A stretch of 32,000 nucleotides of DNA from Aquifex aeolicus VF5 (GTDB taxonomy: Bacteria > Aquificota > Aquificia > Aquificales > Aquificaceae). Below the pieces are notes generated by a model. It was not told the origin of the DNA and ran no database searches. It saw nothing but the letters and a program-made list of their open reading frames with translations. The number at the start of each line of letters is the position of its first letter. The first letter of the stretch is position 1. The stretch covers positions 7,457 to 39,456 of the forward strand of contig NC_001880.1 in assembly GCF_000008625.1 (NCBI RefSeq). Reading direction: 5' to 3'. This document shows, piece after piece, positions 16,791-26,435 of the stretch. A program made the translations under genes and the position numbers.

Positions 16791-18728
16791 TCAGCGTTTA
16801 CTTATTCTTATAACGGAAAACAGAGAGGTGAAAATATTTCTCTTTTCACTTACCCCTATAGTTTTTAAAAACTCCTCTTTTAGAATGAGATAACTGTCCT
16901 GTAAAAATCCATTATCAAATTCTTCAAGCGGTGTGAGATAACCCGCATCTTTTATCTGGACTTTATAACAAGGGACAAGTTTCTTTTGATCCTGTTTGTG
17001 ATAATAACGGACCTCTTCAAATTTTTCGGGAGAGGTAAGGTAGAGTTTCTTCCATCCTTTGAGCATAGCCCTTTCAAAGTTCCCGTAATAATTTTCGGGA
17101 ACGGGAATTCCCTCGTTAAGTAGAAAGTCTCTTGAAAAGTAAAGAGGATCTTCTTCTTTTAACTCAATCTTTTCAGGATTAACACATTTTAAAAACTTCA
17201 GAAAGAGAGAATTGTTTGCTTTTCCTAAAAGTTTATTTACGCTCTTTTTTGAAGAAATCTGAACCTCAAAAGGCAAGAAACACGCTCTCCTGAAAATCTG
17301 CCTTTCTCCCGTAAGATCAAAAAGATTACTGGTTAACATAGCTCCTCTTTTTACTCCCGAGTCTCCACTCAATTCCTTTAGCTTTTAGCTTTGAACCAAG
17401 TGCTCTTTTATCCCTGAGATGTTCTGGTGGAACTTCGTCAATAAGAACAGGCATTCTGTTATCTATGTAAAGAATTGCCTCAAAAGTATTTGCCTTGCTG
17501 TTTCTGGTTTCCTTTAATTTTCCGTAGTAAATTTTTTCTGTCCCCAGAAGTTTTGCTATGAAATTAAGAAGCGTAGTTTTTCCGGCCTTAGGAGTACCTA
17601 TTAAAAGGGAAAATACGGGAAATTTATTTATATCCTTCATTAACTCAGTTGCTTTTTCCCTGACTTCCTTGAGAAATACAGAATAAAAAGAAAATATAAT
17701 AGCCTCTCCGGTTAAAAATCTGTGTTCCTCACTCGTTTCTGTGGAAAGTTCTATATAATCCTTTATCGCAATTACAGTTTTCTTTACAGATTCCTCGGGA
17801 ATAGAAATCTCAACAACGGATTTTCCATTATAAAAAATTTCTCCATCGCAAACCGCTACGTTTACTTTTTCATCTTTATCTTCCCTTTTATTCTTCAAGA
17901 TTTCCTGAATCTTTTGAGGAGATATTAGTATTTCCTTCTTCTTTTCCGCAAGCTTCTGAAACATTTCTGCGCTTTCTTCAACCGCTTTTTTTCTGACAAG
18001 AGACTTCTGAGCTTCGTTAAAAATGGGACTGTTAATCACTTTAGTATAGTAGTAATTGAGAACAACATTTTTTACTTTTTCGTTTTTCTCAAATTCCTTT
18101 ATCACTTCCCTTACTACTTCCGGTTCCTGAGTTTCTATAAACAGATTTAAGTGTTTTTCAATTTTCTTACTATTTTCAGATGCCTTTTTTCTTAAATCGG
18201 TGGAGCTTATTATTTTCCTTGCCCTACTTTTTACATAATTGTAATACCTTTCACATTCTTCAATTACGTTATCCTTTTCAATTATTACAAAAAAAACTCT
18301 TCCTGAGGTCCCCTCCAGGCTAAAGAGGATAAATTACCACTCCCTGCTACGACAATTTTCCTTTCTTCGGATTCAAGTATGTATAACTTTGTATGACAGT
18401 TTGGAATGTAGTAAACGGAGAAATCTTTAAACATGGCTTGTTTACTTATTTCTTCTCCTTCTTTGAGGAACTTTTCCACTATAACTTCCAGGTTATAAAG
18501 TTCCCTTCCTTGTTCTTCTAACCCTATCAGGATTTCCACTTCCCTGTAATCCTTTAAAAGATCAAGGATACTCTTCAGAGAGGAGAAAGTTATAGCTTTT
18601 ATCCTGTTGAATTGCCTAAGGTATTTCCCTGGAATATCGTACAGGAGTTTAATTTCCTCTTCGCCTATACTAAGAATAGGCTTTTTAGTATCTTTTTCAG
18701 GTTCCTCTGAAAAAAGTTGTTTGTTCAT
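16791..18728 (-). pseudogene. PLD-like nuclease domain fused to AAA+/P-loop ATPase, two frameshifts
   Basis: N-terminus HTKLYILESEERKIVVAGSGNLSSLAWRG. Shift at T8 near 18295, continuing FFVIIEKDNVIEECERYYNYVKS. FSLLIGTPKAGKTTLLNFIAKLL, MPVLIDEVPPEHL. Second shift near 17345, then GAMLTSNLFDLTGERQIFRRACFLPFE. Good RBS GGAGGTATAATG. Confidence 0.7.
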
Positions 18729-18878
18729 TATACCTCCCAAACTACTTAAAATTTCGCATCAGATAGTGCCTATTTCAAGCTAAGTCCTATCTTTTACTAA
18801 ACTTACTTTTCTAACTTATATAAGTTATATTACTTATAAAACTAAACTTTATTTAAAGAATAAAATTCATTAGCACCC

Positions 18879-20835
18879 TTATACGACTTCTACCAGTAAA
18901 GGAAAAGGTACGCCGGTTCCGCTCACAATACCTTTACCGGTAGGTAGTTTCGGAAGAATGTTCGCTATATCACTTCCAGCAAATTCTACAAAAGTGGAAA
19001 CTGTATCAATGTCAGATGCATTTATAGTTCTAAACATAACCTGAGTGTTTAATTGAGAAAGGATATATTTGCTAACCTGTGCTGGTCTTTGCGTTATTAC
19101 CATAAGTCCTAAATTGAATTTCCTTCCCTCGGATGCTATCTTTCTGGCAAAAGTGAGAGAAAGGTTTTCTTTTCCTGCGGAGACATCCCCGAATCCCTTT
19201 TCTGGAGCAAAATTGTGCGCCTCTTCCAGAACTAAAAATCTTTTGGAAGGTTGTTTCTTATTCCTTGTAAAAAGCTCTTCCATTATCAGTCCTGCTATGT
19301 TTATTCTCGTTTGTGGATGCGTAATATTCCGGAAGTTAAAAATAATTACTCTCTTTTCACTTTCTAGTCCAGAATTTATTGCATCAAATACAGTTGTTTG
19401 GTTAGATAAACTATTTTCACCGTAAGTTTCTTTAAGGTAAGTGGTTATTTCTTGTATTTCCTTAGAACCCGCATTTAAACTTTCTATCAAATTAACAAGT
19501 GTTTTCTTAGATAAAGAAGTAAGTCTAAGAGAGGGTTTTATGTTCTGTGAAAGTTTTGATCTATTTTCCCTGGCCTGGTGTGAATTACCGCTTACCAGTG
19601 AAGGGTATCCTGCTTCTTTTATAAGTTCTTCCACTTCCTCTGGAAACACAGGGAAAATTGTATCTTCAAGTTCGATATGTTCTATCTAGTTTTCATCTAT
19701 ATAACTCTTTAAATCGTTGAAGTATTCTCCGTGAGGATCAAGTACATAAACTTCAACTTCTTTATCGGATTCAAGTAAACTGGAAATAAACCTTTTTGTA
19801 AAATAGCTTTTTCCTGAACCGGTAGTACCTAGTACGAGCATGTGTTTACTTATCACCTCGTTTGCATCTACAAACACATCTATGTCAGAATTCTCAATCA
19901 CGCCAACTTTTACAGGAACTTCCATATCTCTCCCGGAAAAATTCTTCTTGAGTATTTTCCCCAGTGTTTTTTCTGATATTTTATAAACAGGTTCTCCTAC
20001 ATGGAAGGGATTTCTTAATATATCTAATTTTCCATCCTTTAGTATACCTATTACGTCCGCGGTTGCTATTTTCAGTTTATTTCCATTATTGTTGAGGTAA
20101 GCGTAAATAGCCGCCTTTTTCCATTCGTCATCTTTTCCTTTAGAAAAAATGGTTTTAAAGTCCTCTACGGGAGCAAAAACACTGGATTCCTGTGAAGTGA
20201 AGGGATTCGCAAAAAATCCCATATCGTAAGCAAAAATACTTGTTATCTTTCCGAGCACAATACCTTCCTGTAATTTCACTTCAACGTAAGAATGTAAACC
20301 TATATCATCATTGCCTACCAGAATAAACTCAAAGGATTGAGGTTTTACAGGATTTACAGTAAATCCTAAAAGATCATCTCCAAAACTTTCGGAATACTCT
20401 TCCTTAATTTTTTCAAAGTATTCACGTAGTTTTTTAATATGTTCATCACTGCCGTCCGATTCGTAATAAACTCCCGCTTCTATATTGCCCGTTGACATAT
20501 CAGATAATCCTGCATCCGGTAAAGTTCGCCGAACCTACGACTGCCCTTTTATTATCAACGATTATGAATTTTGCATGTAGCCTGTTACACAGGTAAATTT
20601 TTCCATTTATATCTTTAATATTTCTAAATACTCTGTCATTAGTTATGAGAAAATCCCTAAGTTCTGATGCTCTCAATATTATTTCAGGAGAAATATTTTT
20701 ACTCTTTGCTATATTCAGGATTTCTTCAAATATACTCCCTTTTATCCATGCGGATGCGATTTTTATGCTTTCCTTAGCTTCTTTTGTTATTTCTAAGATT
20801 TTCTTATATATTTCCTAGCTCGTCAGGATTTCCAT
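18879..20835 (-). pseudogene. PLD-like nuclease fused to HerA/FtsK-superfamily ATPase, interrupted by two in-frame TAGs and one frameshift
   Basis: MEILTS(TAG)EIYKKILEITKEAKESIKIASAWIKGSIFEEIL...RLHAKFIIVDNKRAVVGSANFTG / GLSDMSTGNIEAGVYYESD...LGTTGSGKSYFTKRF...SYIDEN(TAG)IEHIELEDTIFPVFPEEV...RFLVLEEAHNFAPEKG...LGLMVITQRPAQVSKYILSQLNTQV. Confidence 0.8.
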
Positions 20836-20948
20836 ATATTCTCCCTCCACTTCGGCTAATATAATATTTAATCTTATTCAGCATTGTATCAACAGGCTAT
20901 CAATGAAGTAATAAAATCTAAAGGAAATTTTCAGAGAACAAGCAAAAT

Positions 20949-21539
20949 TTATATCTTAAAAAGATAATAGTAATAAGTGAGTTGAAAGTTCTGCACTCCA
21001 TGCCTACTTCTGTAAAGTAATCCATGACAAAGGATACTTAAACTGTTATTTTTGTCATTTTCCATAAATTTGCTGAGTCGTTTAATTGTCTGAGTGTATG
21101 CTGATCTTGAAATGTATAAATTAATTGATAATAAAAATTTGTTTTGGACTTCGTCAAGTTCTCTTAGTTTGCATACATCTTCCCTCAACCACGAAAAATT
21201 ATTATCAATAATAGTTTTCACTTCCATAACTTCAATCACAGTTCCATCGTCTTTTTTTACAAGTGAAAAATCCGGTTGCTTGTTTGATTCTAATTTTGTT
21301 TTTGTCAGAGTTTCAGCTATACCGAGTTCTAAATTATTTGGTAAATTTCTTATATTTCTTATAAATTTTTCTGCCAAATACGTTACCATCGCCTGTTCAA
21401 ATCCGTAATCGTTCTTACGAAAATGTTTCCGATTTTCTTTCATTTTGTACAGATTTATTTGTGCAACTTCATCCAATATATGCTTAAAATAGTCAGGCAG
21501 ATTTTCAAGCGCTTCACAAGTCCAACTATCAAAATACAT
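20949..21539 (-). CDS. PD-(D/E)XK-like restriction endonuclease-fold protein
   Basis: KQPDFSLVKKDDGTVIEVMEVKTI matches the PD-x(n)-ExK arrangement in a 196-aa protein. Fold inferred. Confidence 0.5.
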   Translation of the reverse strand: MYFDSWTCEALENLPDYFKHILDEVAQINLYKMKENRKHFRKNDYGFEQAMVTYLAEKFIRNIRNLPNNLELGIAETLTKTKLESNKQPDFSLVKKDDGTVIEVMEVKTIIDNNFSWLREDVCKLRELDEVQNKFLLSINLYISRSAYTQTIKRLSKFMENDKNNSLSILCHGLLYRSRHGVQNFQLTYYYYLFKI

Positions 21540-21622
21540 AATTCATATAAAGATTATACGTATGAGCATCAAAAAAATATCGCTTTCAAAAAGCTGAAGC
21601 TGCGAAGGATAGAAACTAAACG

Positions 21623-21862
21623 TTAGATAACATAGTTCTGTAAAGTATTTTTCAATATCGTAAGAACTTTTTTCTCTTCCTTTGAAAGCCCTTCTAAAAA
21701 TTTTTTGCCTTCGAGGAATTCCTTTATAGGAAGAAAGTAAGTTCCATCTCTTCTTTCAATTCTAATTGCTCTAACAGGTTGATCTACGATAGAAATAATT
21801 GAATTTTTTAGCTTAATCTCCTTAAAAAGAAAAGGAGTTATGCATTTTCTACTTGACCTCAT
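21623..21862 (-). CDS. Hypothetical protein downstream of the HTH gene
   Basis: 79-aa ORF directly following the HTH ORF on the same strand. Confidence 0.4.
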   Translation of the reverse strand: MRSSRKCITPFLFKEIKLKNSIISIVDQPVRAIRIERRDGTYFLPIKEFLEGKKFLEGLSKEEKKVLTILKNTLQNYVI

Positions 21863-21873
21863 AGCTATTAAGT

Positions 21874-22092
21874 TTAGACGGAGAGCTCCTGAACAAGAAA
21901 ATCTACCACTTCCGGTTTGAAGTAGTAGTAATTAACAAGTCCTCTTCTCTTTATCCTTACCAATTCACCGGGAATGAAGCCTCTCTTTACATAACGGATT
22001 AAAGTTCTATCGCTTATCTCTATACCTCTTTCTTTAAGTTCTCTTAGAACCTGCGTACTCGTAAGATATCCCTGAATTCTTATTGCCGGCAT
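21874..22092 (-). CDS. Small MerR-like HTH protein (72 aa)
   Basis: LTSTQVLRELKERGIEISDRTLIRYVKRGFIPGELVRIKRRGLVNYYYFKPEVVDFLVQELS. Confidence 0.75.
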   Translation of the reverse strand: MPAIRIQGYLTSTQVLRELKERGIEISDRTLIRYVKRGFIPGELVRIKRRGLVNYYYFKPEVVDFLVQELSV

Positions 22093-22149
22093 TTACATTA
22101 AGATAATAAGCTCTAAAGCCTTCCTTTTCAAGGAAAAAATAGAATTAGA

Positions 22150-22493
22150 GTTCTCCTATATATAGGAGAACTACTTTGAGCTCGCTAAAAATCAAGTCTC
22201 AGACACACCACTTGAACTCCGGAAGTTCTCCTAGCTATAGGAGAACCGCTACTTAACTTATTGATTTTCAAGCACTTTCTGTTTAGTTCTCCTAGAAACA
22301 TTTATATCTTTTTCCATATACAAAAGCTTTTTGTTATTGGAGAAGTAATAAGTTATATAGGAGAACTCTCCTTTCAAGTTTTTGATTTTCAATATAGTTC
22401 TCCTATATATAGGAGAACTTTTGTGATTTTTTCTATTCTGTAATGCCCGATTTTTAGTTTGGTCATAAGTGGTTCTCCTAGAACTAGGAGAAC
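22150..22493. repeat. Iteron-like array 2: four 22-bp palindromes GTTCTCCTAnnnnTAGGAGAAC plus two half-sites
   Basis: Full sites at 22150-22171, 22225-22246, 22397-22418 and 22472-22493. Half-sites at 22286-22295 and 22354-22366. Confidence 0.92.
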
Positions 22494-22552
22494 CGACAAA
22501 GCAAAAAAATAGATAAAATCGAGGAATGCGACACTAAAATAGTTTTTAGGAC

Positions 22553-23509
22553 ATGCTTGAAGTTGAAAAAAAGATAAAACAAAAGCTGGGGATAGATGAA
22601 ACAGAGGTCCTGAGCTCCCTAACGAGCTACCGGAAAAAAGGCAAAACCTACTATAAAATTGTAACATACGATTCAAAAACGAAACAATCTAGGAGATACC
22701 ATGTGCCCAGAATGTTCGAAGAGGAGATTTTAGCTCTCTGGAAGCAGCGGCAGAAGTACATTGAAGAAGAAAGGGAACTTGAAAGGGAAGTAAAAAGCCT
22801 CTTAAAAAAATACGGGGATGCAGAAAAGATAAAGGAAATTCTGGAAAAAGTAGCAGGAGAAAGTTTTGATAAAGCTGTTTCCTCTTACGCAATTAAGACT
22901 TACACGAATAAGGCAAAGGAACTCTTTAAGAGTTTTAAAGAAGACCTTATAAAGCTTTACAGGGAGGGAGTTTTAAAAAGGCTTTCAGTTTTGCAGGTCC
23001 TTTACCTTCTTGCAAATTTGAAGGAGATTTCCGAAGATACGGAAAGAGGAAGTTACTTTTTCAAGAAAGGACTGAACACGATAATAAAAGTAGCAAAAAA
23101 CGAACGTATCCCAAATCCTTTCGGAACACTTAAAAACGACTTTTTCCTTTCGGGAAAGCAGACCCCTTATGACTTTCTCCTTTCGAATTTTCTTGAAGAG
23201 CTTATAGGAGAAACTCTAGGAGAACTCCTTGAAAAGGAAATTGAGAAATTAGTAGCGGAAGAAAAAGCAAAAGAAATCGAGGGAAAAGTAAAGAAGTTAA
23301 AGGAAATTGTTTCATGGTTTGAAACCCTTCCCTACGAAATAAAACAGATTGCAAAAGAAGTAATTTCTGACAATGTTCTGGATATTGCAGAAAAGTTCTA
23401 CAAGGATATGAAAGAATGCAATTACTCTCTTGATGAAGCAAAAGCATTTTTAACAAGTTCTCCTAGAGATAACCTGGTGAATTACATGCAATACCTTAAG
23501 TCTATATGA
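22553..23509 (+). CDS. Hypothetical 318-aa protein, candidate replication initiator (paralogue of 1329-2285)
   Basis: Same length and shared blocks with the first copy; directly downstream of iteron array 2. Confidence 0.8.
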   Translation: MLEVEKKIKQKLGIDETEVLSSLTSYRKKGKTYYKIVTYDSKTKQSRRYHVPRMFEEEILALWKQRQKYIEEERELEREVKSLLKKYGDAEKIKEILEKVAGESFDKAVSSYAIKTYTNKAKELFKSFKEDLIKLYREGVLKRLSVLQVLYLLANLKEISEDTERGSYFFKKGLNTIIKVAKNERIPNPFGTLKNDFFLSGKQTPYDFLLSNFLEELIGETLGELLEKEIEKLVAEEKAKEIEGKVKKLKEIVSWFETLPYEIKQIAKEVISDNVLDIAEKFYKDMKECNYSLDEAKAFLTSSPRDNLVNYMQYLKSI

Positions 23510-23514
23510 AAGTC

Positions 23515-23718
23515 TTACGCATTCTCTGAGAGTATTTCCGTTATAAGATCCTTCAACGTTTTCCCTTCCTTTAATGCCCTCATTTTAAGAGAAAACCACA
23601 CATCATAAGGAAGCTCTATCAGAAGTTTCTTAACCTGTGGTTTTTCTTCCCCTTCTTTTATCTTTGCAGAAGCTATAAATTCCTCGGGTTTTTTTGAAGG
23701 TTTCTTCGGTATAGCCAT
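23515..23718 (-). CDS. Small RHH-like partition/antitoxin-type protein
   Basis: VKKLLIELPYDVWFSLKMRALKEGKTLKDLITEILSE, encoded immediately downstream of parA. Confidence 0.65.
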   Translation of the reverse strand: MAIPKKPSKKPEEFIASAKIKEGEEKPQVKKLLIELPYDVWFSLKMRALKEGKTLKDLITEILSENA

Positions 23719-23748
23719 TATGTAACCTCCTTTATTTAAATTACTAAG

Positions 23749-24390
23749 TTAAGCAATATTAATTATATTACTAATTTCATTTATTAAGCTTTCAAGCTCC
23801 TCTATTGCTTTTTTATCGTTCATTTCAAGCACTCCCTTTCCTTCTTTTACAGAGTTTCTGTAAACTACTCTTGAGTGCAATCTTGAATTTAATACTCCTA
23901 CGGAGTACTGCTGTGCTAATTCTCTCAGGGTTTCCTCAGCTTCTTTCACGATGTTAGACTTTATTACTTGATTAAACAGTATATAAGCCGGGATATCTGC
24001 AAAGGTCCTTGCTTCTTGCAGAACCTTCAGGGTATCTTCTGTTGCCCATACATCGTAAACACTTGGGAGAACAGGTATTATCAAAGCTCCGTTTGATGCT
24101 GCAAGAATCGCGCTTCTGAAAACTGCACTATCTCTTCCCCCTACGTCGATAACTACAACATCAAAATTTTCAAAACCCTTAATGTCTTTGTGAATTGTGG
24201 GCTTTGTAATACCTATTGCTTTAATGTCGTCTTTTTCCCTGAGTGCCCTGAAGTTCAAACTACTTTCCTGGATATCCGCATCAATAAGTAGAACACTTTT
24301 TCCTCTGAGAGAATATCCTACGGCTAAATTACACGCAACAGTACTTTTCCCTACTCCTCCCTTCTGATTACCTACCACGATTACTTTCAT
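23749..24390 (-). CDS. parA: ParA-family partition ATPase
   Basis: MKVIVVGNQKGGVGKSTVACNLAVGYSLRGKSVLLIDADIQESS...FDVVVIDVGGRDS...ALIIPVLPSVYDVWAT. Confidence 0.93.
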   Translation of the reverse strand: MKVIVVGNQKGGVGKSTVACNLAVGYSLRGKSVLLIDADIQESSLNFRALREKDDIKAIGITKPTIHKDIKGFENFDVVVIDVGGRDSAVFRSAILAASNGALIIPVLPSVYDVWATEDTLKVLQEARTFADIPAYILFNQVIKSNIVKEAEETLRELAQQYSVGVLNSRLHSRVVYRNSVKEGKGVLEMNDKKAIEELESLINEISNIINIA

Positions 24391-24907
24391 AATGTTATTT
24401 ATTTTAGCAATATTTATTAGATAAGTTAGCTAACTAAAACTGATTTCAATATTTGATTATATAGATATGCCGCTTTCTATCTTTGCTTATCTAACTTATG
24501 TTGTTTAACTAATAATGATAACTTTTATTACAAAGTTTACTAACCTTAGTTAGTTACTAAAAAGCTTGAAACATTATGGTAAATACTTTATCAATAAAAC
24601 ATATGTTTATGAGAATATTTAAAAAGAAGATAATCAAAACGCTTTTAGGCCATATTTTAGTAAGGAGAAAGAAGAGGAAAAACCTTACGGATTTGGTAGG
24701 GGCTATTAAAGGAGGAGATAGCTTTAACGCAGTTGAGGATAAGCATAAATTATATCAAGTTTGCTAGACAAATAGCTTTAGTGGTAACGGTTGTAGGCTT
24801 TGCGTGGTGGTACATGAGAACGATTCTAAAAAATTTTTGTTAAGTTTTTTTAGAAACTCAATAATATCTTTTTCTTCTCCCGCAGAAACTTCAAAACTTT
24901 TTAGAGG

Positions 24908-25095
24908 GTTCTCATACTTATTATGTTGTCATTGAATGTGTATAAAGATTTAGGGTTTACATTAGTACCTATATTAATGTATGAGAGCTTTATTAGAAAG
25001 CCTTGAAAACAGGTAAGGTTCTCATACCTATGGGAAAACTCTAAAAAATGTGAAATTCTTGAAAATCAAAATGGTTCTCATACTTATATGAGAAT
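24908..25095. repeat. Iteron-like array 3, partly degenerate (GTTCTCATAnnnnTATGAGAAC type)
   Basis: Left half 24908-24916; right half TATGAGAG 24980-24987; degenerate full site 25018-25039; near-perfect full site 25074-25095. Perfect sibling at 27469-27490. Confidence 0.65.
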
Positions 25096-25176
25096 CTTCA
25101 AAAAACTCATTTTTTTGAGGAATTGTTAACCTCGGTTTACAACTTTTTATTTTTCTTCCGTGTAAACCTTTCTTAA

Positions 25177-25614
25177 TCAAGTTTCAGAAAAGGGATTAAG
25201 GAGTCTAACTTTTTTGTTAAAAAGTTCCACCTCTTTATAAGGAGTGTCTTCACTAAGAACAATGGGGATGTTGTTATTAAGAGCGGAAGCTATTATTACT
25301 GCATCCCAAAATTGAAGGTAATATCTCTCTCTGAGAAAAATAGCAACTCTTAAGTCTTCACAATCTTCGTAAAGGATGTTGAACATTTTACTGATTCCCT
25401 TGATAATGCTATCTACTTCTTCGAAAGGTAAGCTATACTTTTCATGAGATATTCTGGCAAGTTCCTTGCATACTTGCGAGCTTATGTAAATTTTCCATCC
25501 ATTATGCAATAGACCACTTATGTATTCCTGCAAAAATTTCTGTTTTATTTCATCTTTATCAATCCCGAAAAAATAGCCGAGCAAATTTGTATCTATTAAA
25601 ACTTCCTTCTTCAT
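25177..25614 (-). CDS. PIN-domain ribonuclease (VapC-like)
   Basis: MKKEVLIDTNLLGYFF...YLQFWDAVIIASALNNNIPIVLSEDTPY. Confidence 0.8.
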   Translation of the reverse strand: MKKEVLIDTNLLGYFFGIDKDEIKQKFLQEYISGLLHNGWKIYISSQVCKELARISHEKYSLPFEEVDSIIKGISKMFNILYEDCEDLRVAIFLRERYYLQFWDAVIIASALNNNIPIVLSEDTPYKEVELFNKKVRLLNPFSET

Positions 25615-25702
25615 GATACTCTTAACCTAAACTTTCCCTAAATTTAAGTCAAGTGTGTATAAAATCCGTGATTTACCAGCCTAATCATTATATCAATTAT
25701 AA

Positions 25703-25730
25703 GTTGACAGGTAGGTAAACTGACATAGTA
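25703..25730 (+). promoter_or_regulatory. Sigma70-like promoter for 25754 ORF
   Basis: TTGACA (25703-25708), 16-bp spacer, TAGTAT (25725-25730), followed by GAGGAGG before the ATG. Confidence 0.55.
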
Positions 25731-25753
25731 TTTATTAGAGGAGGTTTAGAAAA

Positions 25754-26194
25754 ATGGCTTTTCATATCCTACCTACTTTTGAGAGAGGAAATGAGAAAGG
25801 AGCTGTTATAGGGCGTGTAAAACACAGAAGGGAAAATCCATTAGAATACGAAATAAAGGTAGTAAAAAAAGGAAGTGTAAAAGTTTTTGTAGGAAATAAG
25901 GGAGTATTTGTTATAGAGGACGATTTAGCAAAAGAGATTATAAAAGCGTTATGGGAAAAATACGTCAGGGAAACCTACGGAAGAAGGAAGCCAAAAACGA
26001 ATAAGGAAATAGTAGAACATCCGATAGAAGTGAGAGAAAGTTTTCTTATAAATTTCTTTAAAGAGAAAGGTTTTATCACTTCATTTAAGTCCTGTATGTA
26101 TCTTATAGAAGGAACCAGTTCAGATGAATCAACTATTAAAGACTTAATACTTTTAACGAAAAAGATTAAAGAAAAGGTAACGAAAACAACATGA
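25754..26194 (+). CDS. Hypothetical protein
   Basis: 146-aa ORF with promoter-like sequence and AGAGGAGG RBS. Confidence 0.65.
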   Translation: MAFHILPTFERGNEKGAVIGRVKHRRENPLEYEIKVVKKGSVKVFVGNKGVFVIEDDLAKEIIKALWEKYVRETYGRRKPKTNKEIVEHPIEVRESFLINFFKEKGFITSFKSCMYLIEGTSSDESTIKDLILLTKKIKEKVTKTT

Positions 26195-26435
26195 AGTCAA
26201 CAAGCTCATACTAAAGGTGCAAACTTGAATCTGGAAGATTTTACTAATGGGAGAAAGTGTCGCTTCCGTTGTAAATGAACCTTTACAACTTCGCTTCTTA
26301 GTTCTCCTGAATTCGGGATAATTTTTGTTGTCCTAGTTCTTTTGTTAACATTTTTCCCAAGGGAAGTTTAAATCACCGTATCAGCTTATTAGGTATCTTG
26401 AATTTCAATCAGTTACGATTAACTTAAAAGATACG

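Noticed and set aside
22389-23456. Antisense ORFs 22389-22676, 22689-22892, 23202-23456
   Set aside because: Shadow ORFs opposite the second 318-aa gene, rich in Leu/Phe from reverse-complemented Lys/Glu codons.
24576-24767. 63-aa plus-strand ORF in the parA-array 3 intergenic region
   Set aside because: No homology-like motif or clear RBS; positively charged low-complexity sequence.
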